DNA of 63,559 nt, counting the filler, from Octopus bimaculoides (Eukaryota): assembly GCF_001194135.2 (NCBI RefSeq). It is 5 parts of 5 records of this genome, joined end to end, with 100 filler letters (N's around TTAATTAATTAA, not from the genome) between each part and the next. Parts side by side here need not be neighbours in the genome. Positions count along the whole stretch, not along the records: positions 18,484 to 30,719 come from NC_069000.1; positions 30,820 to 34,546 come from NC_069007.1; positions 34,647 to 63,559 come from NC_068992.1; 2 more parts are not named here. The stretch is one strand, 5' to 3'. Position numbers and translations under genes: made by a program. Positions 24,420-35,802 of this stretch are shown here, one piece after another (the first letter of the stretch is position 1; every line of letters starts with the position of its first letter). The notes beneath the pieces were generated by a model. It made no database searches. It was not told the DNA's origin and worked only from the letters and a program-made list of their open reading frames with translations.

Positions 24420-24665
24420 ATTATAAGCTTTGGATACTCGGTTGTGTTGTTAATTATCGTGGGAGACATTCAACATCCCACCACCAATTTCAAAATCTTT
24501 TCCCAGCAGAGCAGTTTTGGGAGTTTGTTCTACTCTTATACCAATTACGATTTCTCTGACATAATTCTCGAACTTGGCTGTTAGTGTTCCGAGTGCCTCA
24601 ACAACTACTGCAATGACATTCTCCTCGTTGTTCACATTCTTACAATTTCGTAGTTTGTACTTTTC
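24420..24665 (-). mobile_element. Restriction-like-endonuclease non-LTR retrotransposon (R4/Dong-like) C-terminal fragment
   Basis: EKYKLRN...VIAVVVEALGTLTAKFENYVREIVIGIRVEQTPKTALLG resembles the REL C-terminal consensus KxxKYxxL...VIPVVIGALG...LQKTALLGT. Confidence 0.65.
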
Positions 24666-24669
24666 AGTC

Positions 24670-25023
24670 CATTCATGAAAATGCTCGACCACACGTTTCA
24701 CGAATGACGCTCCAGAAGTTGGGGGAACTTGGCAACGAAGTTCTTCCCCACCCAGTTTATTCCCCAGACCTTTCTCCTATCGACGACCACTTTTTCAAGC
24801 CCCTTGACAGCTTCCTGCGAGAGAAGGAGTTCAAAAATCAAACTGATGCTGAAAGTGCGTTCAGAGAGTTCATCAGCTCTGGAACTCAAGATTTTTATGT
24901 TACCAGAATAAAATGTGTTGATTGCAATGGTACTTACTTTGATGAATAAAATTTCTCCATTGTTGAAATATATTGTGATGAATTTCATGTTTCAAAATGT
25001 TGCTTACTTTTTACTCAGCCTGA
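24670..25023 (+). mobile_element. Mariner (DD34D, Hsmar1-like) 3' fragment with TIR
   Basis: HENARPHVS, VLPHPVYSPDLSPIDDHFF, CVDCNGTYFDE*; terminal TTACTTTTTACTCAGCCTGA followed by TA. Confidence 0.85.
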
Positions 25024-25388
25024 TAAGTGTGTGTGTGTGTGTGTGTGTGTGTCAATTCCATTGAAGTCTCCTTCAATGGAATTTCAACATCAACATCAGG
25101 ATATTTTTGTATGTATGTATGTATGTATGTATGTATGTATGTATGTATGTATGTATGTATGTATGTATACTTAGGTCTTTATGTAGGTATTGTCACCATG
25201 TAAACTGTGCTCTACCCTGCTCTAGCAATTCTTTATAAAATAAGAGAGTGAAACCCTTGAAAATAGCATCTTTAAGTTTCAGAGATGTTCTTCATTTAAA
25301 ATTTGTATCAACATTATAAGTTTGCATCAATGCATCCACCGGATATGTTATTGTGTAATTATTCTTCTAACGTTTATTTTATTTTCAG

Positions 25389-25703
25389 TGAAATCTTCTA
25401 TTAAGAGCCTGGCACTTGCCGAGAATGACTTTCAAATGAGCAGGACAGCTACATTCAAATGCACAGCAAATGTAGCATTGCCTTTTCCAGGGGTTGTCGT
25501 CTTTCAATGGAGATTAACAAACGGTAGAAATGAAATTGTGAAAGAAGACAGATTGAATGTTTGGCATTCTAACAAATGTTATGGTGAAGTAACTTCATTC
25601 TATCGATATAATGTACAATATGATGATTTTACTCACCGTTCAGCTGTTTCTTGTACAGTATTTAACCAGACACATACAGAGATAATCGACCCCCCTATAA
25701 TAA
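25389..25703 (+). CDS. Two-Ig GPI-type protein, exon 3 (Ig C2-like domain)
   Basis: ATTTTCAG acceptor, GTAAGC donor, phase 1/1; ATFKCTANVALP...VFQWRL...SAVSCTVFN. Confidence 0.85.
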
Positions 25704-26303
25704 GTAAGCAGACATTTTGTTTTGTGTTATATTGCTCACTGTTTTTATATTTTTTCTTTCTTAAAATATGGAGACGATTGTTACAGGCCACGTGTTGTGT
25801 TCCGTGCAGTTTGTCGCTTTTCTGACAGAAAACATTGTTGCATTCTTAAGATGTTTATGGACGACTGTTTAAATATTGAATGCATTTATAAAATTCTTTG
25901 TCTGAAACGGCAGCAGCAATTGGGTCATATATATGATTGAAACGAACCGCTTATTTCTAGAAGCCATCCCAACTAGTTACTGAAGATATCTCATATCTAC
26001 CTTCCCTATTTGTTATTCTTGTACACCTGTATATCTAGCACATCTGACGTCATTGCTCTTCGGAAATCCTTCCAGCCAATGGATGCAGTTTGAAAGTAAC
26101 ACGTGGTTTCTTAATTTGCATAACAGAACAGTTTCTCGTTAGGTTTGAAATCAGAGAGTGTTGGGCGTTAGCAGACTGTAATTTTAAACTTATATATCAT
26201 AAAAACATATAGAGTACGTATATACATACGCGCATATAAGTACATATATAAACAAGAATATATCCGTAAATATTTTTTGATGCATCTATATTTTGTCTTA
26301 CAG

Positions 26304-26398
26304 TTGCTAGCAGTGCTCCTGCTGGTATATTATACTCTAAATGGATTTTGGTCGTCAATCTCATTCTTCTGCTTGTGGCTGTTGCAATTTCTCGATAG
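26304..26398 (+). CDS. Two-Ig GPI-type protein, exon 4 (IASSAPAGILYSKWILVVNLILLLVAVAISR*, GPI-signal-like)
   Basis: TTTTGTCTTACAG acceptor in the correct phase; small residues (ASSA), a spacer, a hydrophobic tail and TAG at 26396-26398. Total CDS 789 nt = 262 aa. Confidence 0.75.
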
Positions 26399-26878
26399 CG
26401 CCATTCTTTTTTACACAGAGACGATCATGAAGGTTTGTAAAGATAAATTACTTACTTTTCCGCTTTATTTTTTTTCTGCTTCTTAATTTTCCTCTCGTTC
26501 ATCTCCTTTCTAAACCTTATCGCTCTGCACACTCATTTTCGCCCTCTTCATATACATGGGTGGGTGGGTGTGGGTGTGTGTGTGTGTGTGTGTGTGTGTG
26601 NNNNNNNNNNNNNNNNNNNNNNNNNNNNNNNNNNNNNNNNNNNNNNNNNNNNNNNNNNNNNNNNNNNNNNNNNNNNNNNNNNNNNNNNNNNNNNNNNNNN
26701 NNNNNNNNNNNNNNNNNNNNNNNNNNNNNNNNNNNNNNNNNNNNNNNNNNNNNNNNNNNNNNNNNNNNNNNNNNNNNNNNNNNNNNNNNNNNNNNNNNNN
26801 NNNNNNNNNNNNNNNNNNNNNNNNNNNNNNNNNNNNNNNNNNNNNNNNNNNNNNNNNNNNNNNNNNNNNNNNNNNNNN

Positions 26879-27203
26879 GGCGTTGTGAGTGTTTATTGAG
26901 CGAAAACACCTAAAAGCTCCACGAGGCTCCGGCAGGGAGTGGTGGTGAACCCTGCTGTACTCTTTCGCCACAACTTTCTCTCACTCTTACTTTCTGTTTT
27001 TGTTGTGCCTGTATTTCAAAGGGTCAGCCTTGTCACACTCTGTGTCACGCTGAATATCCCCGAGAACTACGTTAAGGGTACAGGTGTCTGTGGAGTGCTC
27101 AGCCACTTGCACATTAATTTCACGAGCAAGTTGTTCCGTTGATCGGATCAACTGGAAACCTCGACGTCGTAAGCGACGGAGTGCCAACAACAACAACAAC
27201 AAC
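26879..27203 (+). mobile_element. Interspersed repeat with (AAC)n tail (SINE-like)
   Basis: GC-richer block ending GACGGAGTGCC(AAC)n; recognised from memory as a common cephalopod repeat; single copy in this window. Confidence 0.5.
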
Positions 27204-28829
27204 ATGGATGATGGCCTCGTTAAATCCACAGAAAAGACCGTTTCCAAGGATCGAGTGGTTTCCCTTTGTTTTACACATCGCATACAAAATGGCAGCCTTC
27301 AACGTGTCTGTGATAAGAAGAAGCAGCCAACCTGTCCCTCTCTCTTTCACTCCTCTTCTTTCTCTCTCTCCTTTCTCTCTCCCTGTCTTTCCGTCACTCC
27401 TTGCTTTCTCACTCTCTCCCCTCCTCTCACTCTCTCTTTTTCTTTCCCTCTCTCTTTTTCTTTCCCTCTCTCTTTTTCTTTCCCTCTCTCTTTTTCTTTC
27501 CCTCTCTCTCCCTCTCTCTCACTCTTTCTCCCCTCTCTCTGTCTCTCTTTCTCCATATCTCCTCCTCCCTGTCTTTCTCTCTCAACAACTCTCCAGATGT
27601 ATTAGTCCTGCTGGGTGGTCACGTATTTATGAATATTCCCGACCAACAACTGCTGTGACACAAGAACCATGTTGACGAGAATTCAGTCATGCCAAAAACA
27701 CATGCCGCGTTTTTCTTGGGCAATCCACCCGCCGAGGGTTTAAAAGTGACCAACAAGCCGATGTAGGTGGTGGCATTGATTCTGGGGTCCAGAGGGAAAG
27801 AGTAAATTTTCAATAATATAATCCTCATCCCTCACCTCACTACGACCACCAGAGACAATACCGCGAATACAACATTGGGGACTGAACATACGCGTCTCAG
27901 GTGCATCCGGTTCGATTTATGGTTTTGTTGGAATTTGTTCTTACTTGGGGAGAATCAAAGAACGACTGGTTACCCATATTGCACCAGTTTATTCAACAAA
28001 CTCGTCGAACAAGTCTCTCAGTTCACACAAACACACAAGAAGCCTATACACGTCCTCAGCAACACAAAATACCCTCGTGGGCCTAGCTTTACATTGACAC
28101 TAAATACATATCAATACGCCTCTGTATATTCATTTATTCTTTGGTGTTATTTCTCTCAAACCCGAGTCTCGTCCCATTCGAAAGGTTGGTTACTTCCCCT
28201 GTTGGTGTGTTTTCCTGTGATTTTTCTTTTATCGTTCTATTCTTTGGTGTTTGTCCCACTTAAATTAAGCTTCCAGCTACCGACACCACTAGTCCGACAG
28301 ACACCATAGAAAGTTGTCTAAACTCACTTCAAAGGATTACCCAAGAATTTATTTACTTAATTATTTCTTTCTTCATTTATTTACAGATTCCTATTCCCGT
28401 TAACTGACTTTGGAATCGACCAGCGTTTTAAGTGATGATGACAACATCCATGGAACTTTTCCCGATCCAAATTCTACAATATCTTTATCAAATATTCAAT
28501 GCTAATCTTATATGTTAATTGTAATCCTTGTAAATCACTAACTGTAGAAATACTAACTGTAGTAATATAAACAACTAACAATATTAACAATTCAACATTT
28601 GGAGTTACAGTATTATATGTACAGGCAGCCTGGATAGGTTGACATAGTTTCAACAGGTTAAAGTTAACAAAATAGTTAGAACTAAAATTGTTTAAGAAAA
28701 ACATCAAAATTATGCTGATTTAAAAGTTAAACATTATTGTTACAGGAAATGTATTAATAGACTACGATTGTATATTATTTACAAATTTTATGTATAAACC
28801 CCGCCTGAAATAAATAAAAGCAATTGAAA

Positions 28830-29100
28830 ATCTGTCTGGCTTTGGGAGATTTGCTTAAAGAATACGGCTAGGGAAAGAGTATTCATCAAAACTTCTTGTA
28901 ACACCAAAGATGACCTGAAGGCAAGGATTATGGCAGCATTTACCAATATAAACAAGGGGACCATCCTGAGGAATTGCAGGAGATTCTGACGTCATCTGGT
29001 TGCCGTAGTGGAAGCCATCGGCGATTTTATTGAATAAATTTATTCTTTAGTATTTCAAGATACTTTTGTGTAATTTTGGTAAATATATCTGTTAAAACGA
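28830..29100 (+). mobile_element. Tc1/mariner transposase C-terminal fragment
   Basis: CNTKDDLKARIMAAFTNINK...CRRF...LVAVVEAIGDFIE* resembles the mariner/maT C-terminal consensus. Confidence 0.65.
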
Positions 29101-29199
29101 GATGTCAATGTTTGCGTAATTTAGACAACAGTTTATTCACTGCACCTTGTACGTGAATATATATATTTATATATACATATATGTACATGTATATACACC

Positions 29200-29245
<46 letters not shown>

Positions 29246-29349
29246 TCCATGTTGGATATCTTTTCGTTAATGAAGTTAAAGGAATCAAGTGTAAAACACC
29301 TTAAACAACTTATTGAATTTTACTGTCATGTGACTCATAAAGTGTTCAT

Positions 29350-29910
29350 AGGCGTAGGAGTGGCTGTGTGGTAAGTAGCTTGCTTACGAACCACATTGTC
29401 CCGGGTTCAGTCCCACTGCATGGCACCTTGGGCAAGTGTCTTCTGCTATAGCCTCGAGCCGACCAAAGCCTTGTGAGTGGATTTAGTAGACGGAAACTGA
29501 AAGAAGCCCGTGGTATATATGTATATATATGTGTGTGTGTGCGTGCGTGCGTGTGTGTGTGTGCGTGTGTGTGTNNNNNNNNNNNNNNNNNNNNNNNNNN
29601 NNNNNNNNNNNNNNNNNNNNNNNNNNNNNNNNNNNNNNNNNNNNNNNNNNNNNNNNNNNNNNNNNNNNNNNNNNNNNNNNNNNNNNNNNNNNNTGTGTGT
29701 GTGTGTGTGTGTGTGTGTTTGTCCACCCCAACATCGCTTGACAACCGATGCTGGTGTGTTTACGTCCTCGTAACTTAGCGGTTCGTCAAAACAGACCGAT
29801 ACAATAAGTACTAGGCTTACAAAGAATGAGACCTGGGGTCGATTTGCTCGACTAAAGGCGGTGCCCCAGCATGGCCGCAGTCAAATGACTGAAACAAGTA
29901 ATAAAGTAAG
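29350..29910 (+). mobile_element. SINE family A, split by GT microsatellite and N gap
   Basis: Head 29350-29520 and tail 29720-29910 match 8598-8942. Confidence 0.85.
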
Positions 29911-30294
29911 AGTACTGACGGCATTACATTTCTCCCTTAGATCGTTAAACAATGACACCCTATTAGCATTGCCTCCCTTACACTTACGAATCTTTTCAGA
30001 TTAATATACATACGCAGTTATTTGTCATGTAATGACACTCCTTCAAACATTCATAAACAAACATTTTATTATGTATATTTAAAACGTACATACAAAATCC
30101 ACAACTCACGCACATTGGTGTCTCCCTATATACATACATGTGGGTGTGTGTCTATTATACAAGAGTTAAAGAATAGAGCAGATAAGATCCGGGCCACATA
30201 TGTTTCATAGTGAACGGAACATGGGAAGTGGCAAATATCCAAGCGAGGTGACTACTGCAGGCGACTCGTCAGGCGAAGGGGATCTTGTCCTCTC

Positions 30295-30360
30295 AAGGAG
30301 GTACGTGTTAACACACGAAAGATTCGATTGAACCTTCCGTGTGTTTTCATGTACCTCCTT
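30295..30360. ncRNA. Candidate pre-miRNA-like hairpin
   Basis: 27-nt arms pair at 24/27 positions (AAGGAGGTACGTGTTAACACACGAAAG / CTTCCGTGTGTTTTCATGTACCTCCTT) around a 12-nt loop. No expression evidence. Confidence 0.35.
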
Positions 30361-30509
30361 GTGAATCTCCCGCATTTAAACATGTACCTTCCTTTATATA
30401 TATATATATATATATATATGGGAGATTATACAAAAAATAACAACAGACGAGGACAGGTGGTGTAAATAACAAAAGTATATATTAGTATGACGCTCGGGAA
30501 TACGGAAAG

Positions 30510-30546
30510 TCTTTGACGTTTCGAGCTACGCTCTTCAACAGAAAGA
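30510..30546 (-). ncRNA. Minimal type I hammerhead ribozyme motif, mutated core (Penelope-type)
   Basis: - strand UCUUU-CUGUUGA-A-GAGC-GUA-GCUC-GAAA-CG-UC-AAAGA: stems I and II pair, helix III is palindromic ACGU; A6->U core change. Confidence 0.7.
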
Positions 30547-30612
30547 ATACGGAGACAAGGAGAAAAACACGGAGAAAAAAAATTGAATAGTGTTCAGTCA
30601 ACGGTCAATCAT

Positions 30613-30648
<36 letters not shown>

Positions 30649-32724
30649 CATTTAAAATGCAGAGATGCCTATAATAGGACATCTACTCGCTAGAAATAGC
30701 AGCAAAAGACTACATACCANNNNNNNNNNNNNNNNNNNNNNNNNNNNNNNNNNNNNNNNNNNNTTAATTAATTAANNNNNNNNNNNNNNNNNNNNNNNNN
30801 NNNNNNNNNNNNNNNNNNNTATATATATATATATATATCATGCATACTCACACGCGCGCATACACACACAAACACATACATACACAAATACATACACATG
30901 CAAGCGTATATAGTTGTGCATAGAGAGACATAGATGTACGTGGTGTGTATGTATGCATTTATGTATGTGTTCGTGTGCTCAGTCTTGTATGTGTATGTGT
31001 GTGACTGTTATTTCATTACGTGTGAAGAAGCGTGCGTGTGTTTTCACTGTGAATCTTTCCAACACTAAAAACGCGAACGCAATTAAAAGATGCTTCCACT
31101 TTAAAATAATAACCAAAATACATGGAATCCTTCCTTCCCCCCTTCCCTCCTTCCACCCGTTTTCCTTTCGTTCTCACCTTTAAACGTTTGCAATTTTCAC
31201 CTGTCTACAATTGAGCACACACAAAAAACAACCGTTTGTTAGTCTGTGAACGCCAGATGTTAAAACTATTCCCATTCTCTCCTGCTATTATTCATTAGTT
31301 AATTCCATCGTTCCATTTATTCCATCATACCATTATTCCATTATTCAATTATTCCATCATATTTATAATACCATTAATGTCAGTTTTTTTTTTTTTACAT
31401 ATTTGTTTTACTTTTTTAAAATTTATCATCGAAATAAAAGTGACTTTAATTTTATGAAAATAAACGCGAGGAANNNNNNNNNNNNNNNNNNNNNNNNNNN
31501 NNNNNNNNNNNNNNNNNNNNNNNNNNNNNNNNNNNNNNNNNNNNNNNNNNNNNNNNNNNNNNNNNNNNNNNNNNNNNNNNNNNNNNNNNNNNNNNNNNNN
31601 NNNNNNNNNNNNNNNNNNNNNNNNNNNNNNNNNNNNNNNNNNNNNNNNNNNNNNNNNNNNNNNNNNNNNNNNNNNNNNNNNNNNNNNNNNNNNNNNNNNN
31701 NNNNNNNNNNNNNNNNNNNNNNNNNNNNNNNNNNNNNNNNNNNNNNNNNNNNNNNNNNNNNNNNNNNNNNNNNNNNNNNNNNNNNNNNNNNNNNNNNNNN
31801 NNNNNNNNNNNNNNNNNNNNNNNNNNNNNNNNNNNNNNNNNNNNNNNNNNNNNNNNNNNNNNNNNNNNNNNNNNNNNNNNNNNNNNNNNNNNNNNNNNNN
31901 NNNNNNNNNNNNNNNNNNNNNNNNNNNNNNNNNNNNNNNNNNNNNNNNNNNNNNNNNNNNNNNNNNNNNNNNNNNNNNNNNNNNNNNNNNNNNNNNNNNN
32001 NNNNNNNNNNNNNNNNNNNNNNNNNNNNNNNNNNNNNNNNNNNNNNNNNNNNNNNNNNNNNNNNNNNNNNNNNNNNNNATATATATGTATATATATATAT
32101 ATATATGGGCGCAGATGTTGCTGTCTGGTGAGGAGCTTTCTTCCTAACCATGTGATTCCAGGTTAAGTCCTACTGTCACATTTTACAGCCTTTACGATGT
32201 TCACAGAGCATTGAGCACCAATCGTGATGTTGGCGCTTTGGCATCCGGTGCGGATTTTCACGATACAAATAATTCTCTTACAATATTCAGATAGTTTTCA
32301 ATCTTTCATGTGAGATTATTTTTTCCTCAACGACGACTCTAATTGTTATGCACTCCAACGCTGTTGACTGTTCACCAACACATCAAGCTGTTACTAAAAC
32401 AAAGAAACTTAAATAATGATCAAAATTAGTGCGTACACTATCTATATAATCATACAAATATAATACAGAAATACACAAATATTATTTTATAAATCCTCGT
32501 TGTCTATTTTCCTCGTTTACAACCTTGTGTGAGACCTTTTGGGGTCTAATTCTAGCAGACTGGTGTTGTAATCATTCAACACCCCTATTACAACTTACGT
32601 ATATATGTATATATATATATACATACATACATGCACACATATACACAAACGCACATACACACACGCCCATGCATATGCATTTAAAGAAAAAGGTAATGAA
32701 ATGCCTTTTCCAAGCCAAAGACAA

Positions 32725-32900
32725 ATAAGGCTAGTTTCCCAGATCCTGGGGTTTATATACCCACGACCACCGGATGGGACGCCAGTCCGTCGCAGGATTA
32801 CTCATTTTTGCCAGCTGAGTGGACTGGAGTAACACGAAATGAAGTGTTTTGCTCAAGAACACAACGCGTCGCCCACCTTAACCACTTGGCCACATGCTTG
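32725..32900 (-). mobile_element. SINE family C, partial
   Basis: CAGCTGAGTGGACTGGAGTAACACGAAATGAAGTGTTTTGCTCAAGAACACAAC is the reverse complement of 10070-10125. Confidence 0.75.
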
Positions 32901-33345
32901 CACTCACACACACACAGAGACAACACACACACACANNNNNNNNNNNNNNNNNNNNNNNNNNNNNNNNNNNNNNNNNNNNNNNNNNNNNNNNNNNNNNNNN
33001 NNNNNNNNNNNNNNNNNNNNNNNNNNNNNNNNNNNNNNNNNNNNNNNNNNNNNNNNNNNNNNNNNNNNNNNNNNNNNNNNNNNNNNNNNNNNNNNNNNNN
33101 NNNNNNNNNNNNNNNNNNNNNNNNNNNNNNNNNNNNNNNNNNNNNNNNNNNNNNNNNNNNNNNNNNNNNNNNNNNNNNNNNNNNNNNNNNNNNNNNNNNN
33201 NNNNNNNNNNNNNNNNNNNNNNNNNNNNNNNNNNNNNNNNNNNNNNNNNNNNNNNNNNNNNNNNNNNNNNNNNNNNNNNNNNNNNNNNNNNNNNNNNNNN
33301 NNNNNNNNNNNNNNNNNNNNNNNNNNNNNNNNNNNNNNNNNNNNN

Positions 33346-33376
<31 letters not shown>

Positions 33377-33998
33377 TCACACATATTGATATTGTGAGTA
33401 GAAGTGAAGAAAAAAATAGCTAGATAGATATAGAGGAACATAAAAATAAGTAGGCAGATAATCAGATAGATAGATAGATTGTTAGATAATTTCTACTTAA
33501 ACTCTTCCATATTGTTCCACCTTCCTCTCTCAAAACCATTTTCTGCCTCCAATTCTTTTATTATAGGCCAATAGTCTCACAAGTGTAATATGAAGTCGTT
33601 TTATTGCTCTCTGGATCTAAAGAATCTTGGAGAAACATGGAACGGTATTCCGACATTTTACAAATAATTTCGAACTGTAGCACACATAATTCCATTAAGG
33701 AAGCAGTGCAGTTGAATATTTACCATTTTGGCGTAAAATTCCTAATGGCGGTGGCCGAGTATTGCTGCTTCTAGAACGTTGTGTCTTTGAAGAGAGTGCT
33801 GCGTTAGAATACAAGAATTGTAGTGTATTTCGGCAAAAGACCCGAAGATCAAAGAGTTTTCGATTCCTGTGAAGTAGAATTGGAGAATTGGCGTGATATA
33901 AAGAGGGAGAGATAGAGAGACATGGGGCGGGGAGAAGTTTGGGTTGGGAGTGTGAGAGAGATGAAAGAGGAAAGAATTAGGAGAAGAGAGTAAGGAGG

Positions 33999-34029
<31 letters not shown>

Positions 34030-34646
34030 AAGAAGAAGAAGAAGAAGAAGAAGAAGAAGGAGGAGGAGGATGAGTTGAAGAATAAAGGAGATCAGTGGAG
34101 TGTGAGAGATGAAAAGAAAAGGAGTAATATAGAAGTGATAGAGAAATAGGAGAGAAGGCAAGCGTGAAAAGGAAAAAAAAGAGAAGGAAAGATAGATGGA
34201 TAGATAGATAGATAGATAGATAGATAGAGAGGGAGAGAGAGAGAGAGACATAGTAGAAGATATAAGGTGTGAAAGATGAGAGAGGAATAGGGATAGAGAG
34301 AGAAAAGGATAGTGACAAAGATATGGAGAATGAGAGAGAGGATGAGAGAGACAGAAAGAGAGTTAGAGAGGAATAGTGATAAAAAGAAACGTAGAGACAA
34401 AATGACATGGAGTGAAAGAGCGATAGAGAGAAAGTGGTATGGAGAGAGAAAGAGAGAGGAATAGAGATAGTGAAGAAGAAAGCTAGAGAGACAAGGGATG
34501 TATAGAAAAAGAGAAGTAGATAGAAAGGGACAGAGAGAGAGAGAGANNNNNNNNNNNNNNNNNNNNNNNNNNNNNNNNNNNNNNNNNNNNTTAATTAATT
34601 AANNNNNNNNNNNNNNNNNNNNNNNNNNNNNNNNNNNNNNNNNNNN

Positions 34647-34711
<65 letters not shown>

Positions 34712-35788
34712 AGATACACTCATGTGATATGTATAAACATATACACAAACGTTTCGTGATAAGTTTTACTCTTTATAAACTTCGCAACTTTGCGTCCATG
34801 TTGTTATATGGTAAGTCAAAGGCATATATATATATGTGTGCGTATGTATGCATGTATATACGTATATAATTATGTACATGTGTTTATTAATATAAGTAAT
34901 TATGTAAATTTTCCTGTATATTTATCATTGCATCCCCATTGTTTGTCATTGATTTAAGTTTAGATATTCAGTTTCATGCTCCACCAGTAGAACTTTCAAC
35001 TTTACTTGGCTTATCTCTGTCTCTCGTCTATCTATCTCAGCTCGAATTCATTGATTTATAGACCGAACGTGAAAGAATGAAAATAAAATACCTACAACCA
35101 AATGGAACGTAAACACTCTTTAATTCATATCTTTCCAACATCATGTGCAATGCCAGCAAAATCGAAATCTTTAAATACACACGGAGACATACACACGGAT
35201 ACATACACATACACACGCACACACACACACACGCACACACGCACGTACCCACGTACGCACCCACACACGCACACAAACATACACGCATATATATGCATAT
35301 CAATACATTCAATATGCACAATATATATATATANNNNNNNNNNNNNNNNNNNNNNNNNNNNNNNNNNNNNNNNNNNNNNNNNNNNNNNNNNNNNNNNNNN
35401 NNNNNNNNNNNNNNNNNNNNNNNNNNNNNNNNNNNNNNNNNNNNNNNNNNNNNNNNNNNNNNNNNNNNNNNNNNNNNNNNNNNNNNNNNNNNNNNNNNNN
35501 NNNNNNNNNNNNNNNNNNNNNNNNNNNNNNNNNNNNNNNNNNNNNNNNNNNNNNNNNNNNNNNNNNNNNNNNNNNNNNNNNNNNNNNNNNNNNNNNNNNN
35601 NNNNNNNNNNNNNNNNNNNNNNNNNNNNNNNNNNNNNNNNNNNNNNNNNNNNNNNNNNNNNNNNNNNNNNNNNNNNNNNNNNNNNNNNNNNNNNNNNNNN
35701 NNNNNNNNNNNNNNNNNNNNNNNNNNNNNNNNNNNNNNNNNNNNNNNNNNNNNNNNNNNNNNNNNNNNNNNNNNNNNNNNNNNNNNNN

Positions 35789-35802
35789 CGCTCTTCCGAT
35801 CT
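35789..35802 (+). other. Illumina adapter remnant (CGCTCTTCCGATCT) at a contig edge
   Basis: Exact 3' end of the Illumina read-primer sequence, directly after an N gap. Confidence 0.85.

Noticed and set aside
27084-27605. 173-aa ORF with RRRKRR furin-like site
   Set aside because: It spans a SINE-like repeat, an (AAC)n tail and a CT-rich 18-bp tandem repeat; no coherent domain.
30200-30285. CUGACGA...GAAACAUAUGU on the - strand
   Set aside because: About 60 nt of non-pairing sequence replaces stem II, the cleavage-site base is G and stem I is poor.
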